Assembly: GCA_965644495.1 (NCBI GenBank)
Contig: CBFFSA010000064.1
Location: 1 to 40,000 of the forward strand
DNA from: Perkinsela sp. CCAP 1560/9
Lineage: Eukaryota; Protista; Euglenozoa: Kinetoplastea
Length of the DNA: 40,000 nucleotides
Reading direction: 5' to 3'
Shown: positions 10,164 to 20,965 of the stretch, in pieces
How positions within the stretch are numbered: position 1 is the stretch's first letter
Layout of the letters: every line of letters starts with the position of its first letter
Translations under genes and position numbers: made by a program
Notes under the pieces: generated by a model
Told to the model about the DNA's origin: nothing
What the model saw: only the letters and a program-made list of their open reading frames with translations
The model's database searches: none

Positions 10164-11425
10164 TGATTTGGATCACATATTTATTTGTAGCAGATTTGCA
10201 TCGGCAGATCAACGACACAAAGTCGTTCCTACTACTCATTGTTGTGTTATAGCCAGAATTAAAATTAATTGGCGAGTCAGTGATCCCAAAACGAATACGA
10301 ATCAGCTCTCGTGGGTTTCTCTTCGAAATAGTGAGGATAGGAAGAATTTCATCAATAAAGTTCACGACCAATATCGAGCAACCTCGAGCTCTTGTCCATC
10401 ATGGGGCGCTCTCGCACAATATATGAAAAATGCTGTAAGAACTTTCAAAAAACCGACGAAACGAAATTTGAACAAAGAAGCTGTAAAGGACTCAAAAATA
10501 CATGATTTGCGCGGTTTATATCACAAGAGCAGAAACAAAAAGGTGTTCAACGCTCTCGTAAAGGAGAATAAAGAGGAAGTTGAAGAGATTATTTCTGACG
10601 AATGCTTGGAGATTGAAATACAGCTTCGTAAAAACCATTCAAACCCATGGAGAACGATTCGAAAGATATGCGGGCAATATCGTGATACCTTTAGCACGAA
10701 CGGAAGCTCACGAAATGATAAACTTAACGAAATTCGATCGTACTTCATGAAATTTAGTGGCGCTGATGATGGAGATCCAAATCTTAGCTTTGAACTGCTG
10801 CCGCCGCCGTTAGTACCAATATCCGATGCAGCATTTACAAGCGAGGAGTTAAGCACATCTTTAGAACATTTCAGAAGAGGAAAAACACCGGGAAGTGACG
10901 GAATACCAATGGAAGCCCTTCAAGCTATAGCGGTCCACCCTGATCTGAGATCGCATATCCTGAATATAATCAACCAGGTACACGAAACGGGAGTCACAGA
11001 GGAAGCCTGGCGCAACACTCTTCAAATACCCATCCCAAAGAACGGAGACCTCACTAACGTTGAGAATTGGCGGCCTATATGCGTAGTAAATAGCGTAGTT
11101 AAGCTCATGAATCATATGATACTCTCCTGCATTAGACCCAACATTGAAAAGTCTCTTCGGGGTAACCAGTATGGGTTTCGACCTAACCGAGCGACTTCTG
11201 GAGCTCAGATTATCATGAACGAAATAAAAACCAAAGCATTCAGAGGACAAGGCCTTCTGTAGCTTTTATAGACTTTGCTAAAGCATTTTCCTTCGGTATC
11301 GTTCGCTGCTATTAAAGCTAGTTTGCATGCATTTCGAGTAGGTCCATGTCTTTCTAAGATGATAATGTCTATATACGATGAGCTGAAAGGCACTGTACGA
11401 ACTTCTATTGGAATCACAAATTCGA
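10164..11425 (+). pseudogene. APE C-terminus and first half of RT of an RTE-like LINE, probably the continuation of 7116-8108
   Basis: LDHIF, SNPWRTIRKICG, PGSDGIP, PKNGD..NWRPIC, QYGFRP, then after a frameshift FIDFAKAFPSVSF. Colinear with LINE 1. Confidence 0.88.
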
Positions 11426-11429
11426 AGTG

Positions 11430-12290
11430 TACAACTTTCGATGAAGCACATTGAAAGTTGTACACTTTCGATGAATCTTCATCGAAGGTGTTTTTGACTT
11501 TTTTTTTATTTTTTCAAATCTTCACGCAAACGTTTTTCGCGGATCCATATAGACATTTTGACTTTTTTGGTGCTTCATCGAAGCGTATTGTGAAGGCTCG
11601 TAGAGGAATTTCACCGTTTCTTCAGTTTATCTTCATCGAAGCGTTTTTGACTGATCCATATACATATTTTGAGCGACAATCCTGCGGAAGGGGTAAACAC
11701 AGGATTTTCGTTGAGTACTCAACGAAGTGCCGGATTTTCGTTGAGTACTCAACGAACGGAAATTCACGGTGGAAATCAAGGACTTTTGCATAAGTCAAGG
11801 ACTTTTGTGGAACATCCAAGAATTTTTTTTGATTTTCATTTTCCGTGCGTTCAGTATCCTACACTTCGCTATATACGTTGACAACGCCTGCGTAGCGAAA
11901 ACTACGAAATTTAGTGAGCTTCGCAAATTGCTTCCCACTAACGACGCACAGGGGAACCCTACGCGGGGTACGGCTCAGGCCCGCTCACGCGGGCCCTCGC
12001 CGTTTCGCGGCCGCGCGCACCCCCGCTCACGCGGGGGCCCCCGCGCGGCCAAAATGGGTACTAAAATTTGTTATCAAGGTAGTTGGGCTTCGCAAATTGC
12101 TTCCCACGAATGGGTACTAAAATTTGTTATCAAGGTAGTTGGTCAAGATTATCAAGATTATCAAGTAGTTATCAGTTGGGCCTTTCTTCCTCCTCCCTCT
12201 AAGGTCCTGCAGATTTTTTACGGTCACAGGGTACGTTCGTTGAGTACACAACGAAAATCCGGATTTTTGTTGAGAAATCAACGAACGTAC
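11430..12290. repeat. Non-coding region with short direct repeats, repeated 20-bp palindromes (TTCGTTGAGTACTCAACGAA) and a GC-rich core
   Basis: Palindrome at ~11707, ~11737 and degenerate at ~12236 and ~12266; 34-bp duplication at ~12053/12110; GC-rich 11960-12050. Confidence 0.7.
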
Positions 12291-12316
12291 CCCCAAGCCA
12301 AACATTGTAATAATAA

Positions 12317-12860
12317 CAGCTTGTGAGGCAAATTAGACGCCAGTTCCCAAGAATGCTGGTTTCCCCATCCTTATGTATCAGAAGAGTGACTCCTCGTTTC
12401 CAGCTATCGGGGCACGTACCAAAGGTAAGGAGGTCGTTGAAAGCCTGTGCTATGGAAGGGTATAGAGCTGCGCAGCGTTTTAAGACAGCGTTCCCAATGG
12501 TATCTGCGCCAGGGGCAGCGGATGGTCTCTTTGAAGATATCGCCGCCTCGATGGCACTGCAATCGATCTCTGCCCAATACATGTCTGACTGTACCTGAGG
12601 TCCCAAGAGCTCTGTGGGAGGAAGTTCATAGTTTTCTTGTGGGGTTTGCATGCTATTTCGAAAATAGGTTGTGATTTCCTCCTGGGAGCAGTCCGGGTAC
12701 TTGCCCCACCGCTGATCTGCCTCTTTCTTGTGCGCATCAAGGCATTCCCCAGCTGCAGTCCAAGGATTTCTTTGGAATCGCACTTTAGCCCAGCGCTTGG
12801 CGATCTCCTCTCGTTGTGCCCTGCTTTCTTCTGCATAGACTTTTAGCAGCTTACTAGCTT
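12317..12860 (-). pseudogene. Fragment of a third non-LTR RT family (RT N-terminal motifs; R2/NeSL-like)
   Basis: SAAPGADTIG..LKR, CPDSWKRGVTLLIHKDG..NWRLICLTSC. Confidence 0.75.
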
Positions 12861-12874
12861 CTTTTATTTAAATT

Positions 12875-13045
12875 ATTAAACGGGAATGAGGTCTATGCGC
12901 AGTTGCGCCAGTTTCTGTCGATCCCGGAGCCACGCATTTGTTAACAGACTTAGTTGGCGAAAACAATTGAAAAATTACTATACATGTATTGACAAAAACC
13001 AGAAGTTTTATTTTTGGAGTCAGATTCCATCTGAAAAAAAAAAGA
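12875..13045 (+). pseudogene. Very short 3' remnant of a CRE-like element
   Basis: Encodes LNGNEVYAQLRQFL, matching LNGSEVYAQLRHFL at the end of element C; followed by an AT-rich UTR and A-run. Confidence 0.7.
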
Positions 13046-13193
13046 TATTTTACGAAGGTAACTATATTTAGATATATTCGTCATCATTTGTGCAAAGGGG
13101 CGATTATTAGGATCAACTCCTTCCGGGATTTATACTTTATATATTGATGTACAAACATATTCGATGGATTTGACGAAGGGTAGGATTACATTA

Positions 13194-13396
13194 ACCCAGA
13201 TTGAAAGGGGCGAGGGAGATACGAAGCAACAGGCGTGGCAGATTCCAACTGAAAAGGAATGGTATCTCCCCGCACGAGAAAAGTCTTTGCGCCTTCTAGC
13301 TCGGAGACAAACTTCGTGCGGGAGATACCATTTCTTTTCAGTGGGAATCTGCCACGCCTGTTGCTTCGTATCTCCCTCGCCCCTTTCAATCTGGGT
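13194..13396. mobile_element. MITE-like palindromic element with ~84-bp inverted arms, flanked by TA
   Basis: ACCCAGATTGAAAGGGGCGAGGGAGATACG... and its reverse complement; TA at 13192-13193 and 13397-13398. Confidence 0.75.
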
Positions 13397-14164
13397 TATA
13401 CGGCGGGCCGTTCGAGGCGGTGCAGACCCGCTGGCGTGGGTGGTGCTTTACCTCGTGACAAGTAATCTTGAAGGAAACAAGCTTCTGAAATCTTTTTTTT
13501 GAAGGGCCCGCCGGGCGGGCCCTTCGAGGCGGTGCAAACTAAAGCATCCGCAAATATTGCAACGTACTTTTTGACTCTCGTGCGACGACAGGTGGGTATG
13601 TCTCTTTTTCGGCATACTAGAGGAATAAAAAAAGGGTTTGAAATTACTCTAGCACGAAATGCCGCTCTATTACTGTACCTGAACACACTTCAACCTCGTA
13701 AACGCCAGCTTCACTTTTCATACATTGTCAAACCATACAAAATTTCAAATTCCTTTCATGGCAGTCTTCCTCCAAAAATAGCTTTTTCATTACTAATACA
13801 GTAATGATTCAATTTCCTACTTGTACCACTATAGTGAAGTGTCTTAGCTCAGGCGTCGGGGTGCGCTAAGCCCCAACACTACTAGCCTAAATCATCAACC
13901 AAAGCTTTCAAAGTATGCTAGCAGTGCCCCTGGCCGGAGTGATTCTCTTTCTCTTTCCTTTATTTCTACCGCCCACCTTTCCACGCCCTTCTTTTTCTAC
14001 ACATCCTCGCTCTGTGTCTCTCCTGTCCCACCCTATCTCTGAGAATAGCTATCTCTGAGAAAGGTATGACCCTGCTCGTTTTTCTCTACATATATACAAA
14101 ATGCAGACCGTGTTTTTGGTGTCCAGCTGGCCACTTTTCGACGAAGCACAAACCGTGTTTTTGG

Positions 14165-14300
14165 TGGCCAGCTGGCCACCCTTCCACAACATGGCCAGCT
14201 GGCCACCCCTCCACAACATGGCCAGCTGGCCACCCTTCCACAACATGGCCAGCTGGCCACCCTTCCACAACATGGCCAGCTGGCCACTCTTCCACAACAC
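14165..14300. repeat. 27-bp minisatellite (TGGCCAGCTGGCCACCCTTCCACAACA), ~5 copies
   Basis: Visible; contains the 14-bp palindrome TGGCCAGCTGGCCA. Confidence 0.9.
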
Positions 14301-14344
14301 TCTCCCACCCCCGTGGGACTCACTCAGTGGACTCACTCAACGTG

Positions 14345-15630
14345 AGCCACTGCCCCACGTGGCAGTGCTCTGACTCTCTCACGTGCCACTGTAGGTACAG
14401 TGCCGATGCAGTCACTACCTTACGTGGCAGTACTCTCACTCTCTCACGTGCTACTGCATCTGCACTGCATCACTGCAGTCACTGCCTCACGGGGCATTGC
14501 CTCTCACTCTGCCACTGTATCTACACTGCAATCACTGCCTCACGTGGCAGTACTCTCACTCTCTCACGTGCTACTGCAGCTACGCTGCAGTCACTGCCTC
14601 ACGTGACACTACTCTTACTCTCGCACGTGCCAATACAGCTGCACTGCGATCACTGCCTCACGTGGCAGTACTCTCACTCTCTCGCGTGCTACTGCAGCTA
14701 CACTGCATTCACTGCCTCACGTGGCAGTACTCTCACCCTCTCACGTGCTACTGCAGCTCCACTGCATCACTGCAGTCACTGCCTCACGTGGCAGTAATCT
14801 TACTCTCTCACGTGCCACTGTAGCTACACTGCAGTCACTGACTCTCTCACATTCCACTGTATCTACACTGCATTCACTGCCTCACGTGGCAGTAATCTTA
14901 CCCTCTCACGTGCCACTGTAGCTACACTGCAGTCACTGACTCTCTCACATTCCACTGTATCTACACTGCATTCACTGCCTCACGTGGCAGTAATCTTACT
15001 CTCGCACGTGCCGCTGCAGCTGCGCTGCATCACTGCATTCACTGCCTCACGTGGCACTACTCTTACTCTCTCACGTGCCACTGCAGCTACACTGCATCAC
15101 TGCAGTCACTGCCTCACATGGCAGTGCACTTACTCTCTCACGTGCCACTGCAGCTGCACTGCATCACTGCATTCACTGCCTCACGTGGCAGTACTCTCAC
15201 TCTCTCACGTGCTACTGCAGCTGCGCTGCATCACTGCAGTCACTGCCTCACGTGGCACTACTCTTACTCTCTCACGTGCCACTGCAGCTACACTGCATCA
15301 CTGCAGTCACTGCCTCACATGGCAGTGCACTTACTCTCTCACGTGCCACTGCAGCTGCACTGCATCACTGCAGTCACTGCCTCACATGGCAGTGCACTTA
15401 CTCTCTCACGTGCCACTGCAGCTACACTGCATCACTGCAGCCACTGCCTCACATGGCAGTGCACTTACTCTCTCACGTGCCACTGCAGCTACACTGCATC
15501 ACTGCAGCCACTGCCTCACATGGCAGTGCACTTACTCTCTCACGTGCCACTGCAGCTGCACTGCATCACTGTGCAATCGCTGCCTCACGTGGCACTGCTC
15601 TCACTCTCTCAAGGGCCACTGTAGCTACAC
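14345..15630. repeat. ~67-bp (with shorter variants) minisatellite rich in CACGTG and CTGCAG
   Basis: Unit e.g. 15241-15307; roughly 20 copies; ORFs over it are low-complexity. Confidence 0.92.
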
Positions 15631-15804
15631 ACTGTACCACTCGGACCTGCACATTATTTTTCTCTCTATATATATACAAAATGCAAATCGTGTTTTTGGT
15701 GGCCAGCTGGCCACTTTTTTCAAGAAAAAAAAATCTGAAAAAAAAAATCGTTCCGAATTTGTTTTTTTCGCGATTTTGAGCATATAATTTTTTTTGTTCA
15801 AAAA

Positions 15805-15877
15805 TGTCGATGCCGGGAATCGAACCGCGGACATCCAGCGCCAAAATGGAAACCCTTTACCAACTGGACTACTCAAA
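15805..15877 (-). pseudogene. tRNA-like pseudogene / Pol III A-box and B-box element
   Basis: Minus strand TAGTCCAGTTGG (A box), GGTTCGATTCC (B box), ends ATCGACA then T5; stems degenerate and anticodon unassignable. Confidence 0.6.
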
Positions 15878-16874
15878 GGACTCTCCTTAGTCAACCAGTG
15901 TGTCGTATCGCAGACCTTTGCAGACGCACTTTTTTTTACCAAAAGTGTTCTACAATTTGGGAAATGAGGTCGTTGTAGATGATTTTTCGAGTATTAAAGA
16001 CTTCATCTAATGAGCTACTGCTTTAAAATTTTGAAAAAACTCGATCTCTCGCGTCTTTGAGGGGCATTTTCAAGTTTTGGAATTAACCTTAGTAAGCGAG
16101 TTAGATACTCCGTATCTCCCTCAATATATTTTACACTTGATTTGAGTTTTTCAATCTTCACGCGGGATACCAACTACGCCCGCACCGCTCTTCTTCTCTC
16201 TTCTTCTTCTTCTATTCCGCGCGGAGTTTTTTTGAAGTCTGGGAAAAGACGTTGCTCTGAATCTCGAGGTGGTTTTACCCACAGAAGCTGCATTCGCAGG
16301 CCTTTCAGTGCAATTTTCGCCGGGACAGCCCACAGAAAACACCCTTTACCTGAGAGAGGTGCATTTGGGAACGTGAATACGAAACGAGCGAACAGATTAC
16401 CCGTCCACAAAATCGTGGAGCATCGAGTGTCGCCGAGTAAATTGAAAGGTGTGATGGAGAAACAGGCGGAATGAGGTGGAATACAATGGTGTGCTGCATG
16501 GCGAGGTTGTGGTGTTTGTTTGCGCTGTTGGGGGTAGAGGTGTCTAGTTTGGTGTGAATTTGTTATCGCATTGGATGTTTCTGTGAAAATCATATTTTCC
16601 GGAGTAAGCATACGGTGGGGGGGAATACAATGGTGCGCTGCGTGGTGCGTCGGGTGTGCTTGTTGTGGCGTTTGAAGAGTAGATGTGTCTACGTTGTAGG
16701 GATGGTGTCTGTTTCATTATGGAGTATTGTACGATGCTTGCAAAAAAAATACTTGCCCTGAGATGAATGTTCACAGACAGTGACACATGTGCTGCGCTGT
16801 TTGAATCAGCTTGTGATCATCAAAGCCACAACGCTCGAGAAACACACATGCACTCATCTCCTTTTTCGTTTGGC

Positions 16875-17886
16875 TTTTTTTTTCTTCGTTGTCTTCGCCC
16901 TCCCCTCGCCACCCCCTTGGTCGCCCTCTGTTGCCCCCTGCGTCGCTCTGCCGCGCCGCTTTTCGCCCCCCACCCACTGCGCTGTCCCCTTCGCCGCCCA
17001 TTCCCCCTCCCTCCCTGCTCCCACCTGCGCCACTCTTTCCCTTCCCACAACAACAACAACAACAACACTGATATAATCAGTTAAGGGGTTAATATTTTCC
17101 CTTAAACATCTTCACACCTTAGATTAAAAACACTGACCACACAACTGTTTACCATATCTCAAATTTAATGTTTGTTTTAATGAGTCCTCGCATAATGATG
17201 AGTCTTTTCATTACAATAAACCAGGAAATGGAACCACCAACGCCCCTAGAGTTCAACGCAAATTGAAGGTATCAACTACTTGAGCGCTTCCCTTCCCACT
17301 CTTTCCCTTCATCCCCTCTGCCACCCCCTCACGCTGCATCTCGAAGAATGGCGCCGCCCGGTACCGAATATAACAAGGTACTAAAAAACTAGTGTAGGCG
17401 TCATTCACGCTTTTCTTTTCTTTTTTCTTTCTTTCTGCGGCTTGCAACTAGCCCATGATAACGGGGCTAGGGTAACAATTTGGAGAGATACGAGCTTGTT
17501 GAAGCTGAGGTTTGGCCTGTTGAAGCTGAGGAGCCAGTCCGCTCGAGGGGATACCACCCTAGAAGACTTGGTCCGTTGAAGCTGAGGTGCTAAAACCGTT
17601 GAAGCTGAGAGTCGACACTCCCAAACTATGCCAGCAAGCAGGCAAGGGGTCAAGGAGCACTGCTTTTGGCAGTGTCCGGGTGTGGCGAACCCCACCCTCC
17701 TAGCTAATCCAGATTCCCGCAGCGGACTTTCAGTCTGCGCGTTAGCTGGATCGGCTTGCATTGGCTCTGTGCTGCAATTCTTTTAGGTCTGCGCATGGGT
17801 CGTGCGGGTCGGAGCTACCTTCGGCTCTCTCCGAGGAGGCAACACCCCGTCTACGGGGTTTTTACCTGAATACATAACATAACATA
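16875..17886. mobile_element. ~1-kb non-coding insertion flanked by a 124-bp direct duplication (also at 22961, 29048, 35198)
   Basis: 16751-16874 is repeated at 17887-18010 with 2-3 mismatches. The insert is absent from the 6155-7115 monomer and ends in (CATAA)3. Confidence 0.7.
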
Positions 17887-18283
17887 ACTTGCCCTGAGAT
17901 GAATGTTCACAGACAGTGGCACATGTGCTGCGCTGTTTGAATCAGCATGTGAGCATCAAAGCCACAACGCTCGAGAAACACACATGCACTCATCTCCTTT
18001 TTCGTTTGGCATTTGCCACGTTTTTCAGTTTTTTGTTCTAAAAGTGACGTTCGATTTGGGGTGGTGTGGATCGCGCTTTGGAGCCAGGAAGTCGTGCGAG
18101 GCTGTCGGCTATCCGAACGGCGGCTTCTCGAATCTTGTCCCGCTGGGAGGTGCAGAATGGCATCGGAGAGATGAAAACAAATCAAGCACGATTAGATTCA
18201 TACGGACGAATTCTTAGCTGGAGAGAATGGTTGAAAACTGTTCACTCGATCTTGATCAGTTCCTTGTGGTAGAGACTCGGAAG

Positions 18284-18364
18284 GCGTCTATACCCAAGTG
18301 GTTAAGGGGCCTGACTTGAAATCAGGTGTGTTCTCACGCGCAGGTTCAAACCATGCTGGGCGCG
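18284..18364 (+). tRNA. tRNA-Ser-TGA: tRNA-Ser(UGA) array copy A (T-stem mismatch; probable pseudogene)
   Basis: As 6585-6665 but CCATGC replaces CCCTGC. Confidence 0.75.
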
Positions 18365-18712
18365 TTTTCCTTCCACAAGCGTTGTCAAATCATATTCAGC
18401 GCGGGGTACCAACTACGCCCGCACCGCTCTTCTTCTCTCTTCTTCTTCTTCTATTCCGCGCGGAGTTTTTTTGAAAAGGTGGGATGCCCAGCGGCGCGGC
18501 ACCCGTCGTGGGAACTCACGCTCCGCATAAAAGACGTTGTTCTGAATCTCGAGGCGGTTTTACCCACAGAAGCTGCATTCGCAGGCCTTTCAGTGCAATT
18601 TTCGCCAGGACAGCCCACAGAAAACACCCTTTACCTGAGAGAGGTGCATTTGGGAACGTGAATACGAAACGAGCGAACAGATCACCCGCCCACAAAATCG
18701 TGGAGCATCGAG

Positions 18713-19583
18713 ATTAGTGCCCAGCAGACTATTCACCCTTGCGGTAATGCCTCGTTTTGGACTGGCACATCCCAGGCTCCCTGCACACCTACAGTGCCCC
18801 GGGTGTCACACCTTGCTGACTTCCGAGAACGCTATTTCCCACGTGGCTGGATGCTCGACTTGCACTGGTAACAACGCGACAACGAAGCACAACAAAATGG
18901 TCCACAGACTGTATGAATTATGCATCAAAGCAGGCATTCCTTGTGAACGAGAACCCCGGCAGTTCTCTACGTACACGTGTGGCAAATGTGGAGCTCATCT
19001 GGATGGGGATTCTAAACCATCACACCAAAGGATCTGCGGATCAGGATCTTTTCACCACTCAGGGCCGGATCTAGTTATTCACTGGGCCGACGGAGACGTA
19101 TTCTACGACTTCACCATTGTGCATGAACTATGTCCTTCGAATTTAACGCGAGGCGGCACAATCCTTATGAGGGACGCCATCAAACGGAAGAACAAGACGT
19201 ACGTAGCCTCAAAACTGCTCCCCCAAATCCAATTTCAGTGCATACCGATGCTTGCAGGAGGAGCTATGCACGCTAACACAAAGAACCTACTTCTCGCTTT
19301 AGCCGACGCGTGTGGATTAGAGCGGGATTACGTGATCCAAGATTTTACACTTCGATTACAAGAATTCAACGGATCGGTTGTTCTCTCGCAACTTGGCAAA
19401 TTTCTAGTGCCGCAGAGCCGAGAAGATACGGCGATTTAATCAACCATTCTTTATTAATTATGAAAACTTGAGAAAGTAATTGTGGTTCCGGCTCAACACA
19501 TGAGAGAAAATCATATTATTCATTATCTGAAAACATCTGTCAGTTTCTTCGTCTGTAGGTTCCTTTGAGATACAGTTTATTTT
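18713..19583 (+). mobile_element. CRE-like element A, 5'-truncated; open Zn-knuckle + RLE ORF 18717-19439
   Basis: CPGC..H...C, KHN, EPR, GPD..FYDFT, RKNKTY; 39-bp duplication 18667-18705 / 19584-19622. Confidence 0.88.
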
Positions 19584-19622
19584 AAACGAGCGAACAGATC
19601 ACCCGCCCACAAAATCGTGGAG

Positions 19623-19893
19623 ATTTTCCACGTCCACCCCGTTACATCGTGTCTCAAGCCTCCTTTGCGTAAGCAGCTCGCAATTTAGCGGCTGCGCTGG
19701 AGCCTGGTTCAACTCGGCGGTTCCGGGTTGGTCCTCCAGGGGAGCGGGGTTGGGTGTGGGCCTTGAAGGCACTCCTGATCGCTTTCCCTTTGTAGTGAGG
19801 CCGCCAGGTTGCGAGTTTTGTCGATAGCGGGAATCGAACCCACAACCTACAGGTTGTAAGGCCCACCGTCTACCAACTACGCCCGCACCGCAC
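19623..19893 (-). mobile_element. tRNA-headed SINE-like element (head 19819-19893); also at 25709, 31796, 37950
   Basis: Minus strand GGCGTAGTTGG (A box), GGTTCGATTCC (B box), imperfect Val(TAC)-like cloverleaf, no T-run after the head, then a ~200-bp GC-rich body. Confidence 0.6.
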
Positions 19894-20022
19894 TTATGGC
19901 ATCGGAGAGATGAAAACAAATCAAGCACGATTAGATTCATACGGACGAATTCTTAGCTGGAGAGAATGGTTGAAAACTGTTCACTCGATCTTGATCAGTT
20001 CCTTGTGGTAGAGACTCGGAAG

Positions 20023-20103
20023 GCGTCTATACCCAAGTGGTTAAGGGGCCTGACTTGAAATCAGGTGTGTTCTCACGCGCAGGTTGAAACCCTGCTGGGC
20101 GCG
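20023..20103 (+). tRNA. tRNA-Ser-TGA: tRNA-Ser(UGA) array copy B (T-loop/B-box C>G; probable pseudogene)
   Basis: GGTTGAAA replaces GGTTCAAA. Confidence 0.75.
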
Positions 20104-20965
20104 TTTTCCTTCCACAAGCGTTGTCATGGCTCACCTCAAATTCTAGACTTGTACCTACGCGACTTTTCAAGTTAGCAGTTATGCCACGCATTGGGATTGC
20201 ACATCCGAGCCTCCCCTCCAATTTACAGTGTCCAGGGTGCCATGCATTACTTAACCCCCGTACAGCGCTCACGCACGTGTCCGGGTGCGTCAAATGTTCA
20301 GGCAATAACGCAACGGCAAAGCACAACAAGATGGTTCGGAATATTTATGAATTATGCATAAAATCAGGTCTGCCCTTTGAGCTGGAACCCAGACAGTTCT
20401 CCACCTACACTTGCGCAAAATGTGGAGCAAGCGTGGATGGCGACGGCAAATCCCATCACCAAAGAACCTGCGGATCCGGATCTTTTTATCATTCGGGCCC
20501 AGATATCGTGATTCATTGGGCAAGCGGAGATGTATACTACGATTTCACCATCGGCCACGAGCTATCGCAATCAAATGTTGGACGTAGCACCGCTCAGCTT
20601 TTCCGTGATGCCATAAAACGCAAAGTCTCCAAATACGTGGCGTCTAAGCTTATTCCTAATGAGCAATTCCAATGTGTACCAATGCTCTCCGGCGGTGCAA
20701 TGCACAGCAACACCAAAGCGCTTATCACAACCCTGGCTGATGCATGTGGACTCGAACGGGACTTCGTAGTACAGGATTTCACCCTTCGACTACAGGAACT
20801 TAACGGTTCAGTGGTGATGTCCCAACTCCGCAAATACATAGCCACAACTCAAGTGGACAATACGGCTTTTTAGGCACGTGCGAGTTTTTCGGTAGGCGTT
20901 GACTATTGATATAAGAGTTGAAGTTTAGACGACTGAAAGTCTATGAAAAGAAACTGAGATGAATG

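Noticed and set aside
14033-15787. Long His/Cys/Thr-rich ORFs in several frames
   Set aside because: They are translations of the 27-bp and 67-bp minisatellites.
16745-16800. U1-like start (ATACTTGCCCTG) or U6-like ACAGA box
   Set aside because: Only short partial matches; the rest of the snRNA sequence and structure is missing.
17446-17485. Spliced-leader RNA (AACTA start, GGTAAC donor, AATTTGG Sm-like site)
   Set aside because: The Sm-like site is immediately next to the donor and no known leader sequence matches; it would need mRNA 5'-end data.
17490-17612. GTTGAAGCTGAG x4 as a mini-CRISPR array
   Set aside because: The repeat is only 12 bp, spacers are irregular (about 9-44 bp), there are no cas genes and the context is eukaryotic.
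18717-19439. Fanzor/TnpB or Cas-like RNA-guided nuclease
   Set aside because: The motifs are retrotransposon RLE type (KHN, PD..D, K...Y), colinear with the RT-linked copy at 4518-5967; no RuvC pattern.
19670-19820. SRP (7SL) RNA S-domain
   Set aside because: The branching is similar, but the conserved helix-8 motif with its GNRA loop is absent.
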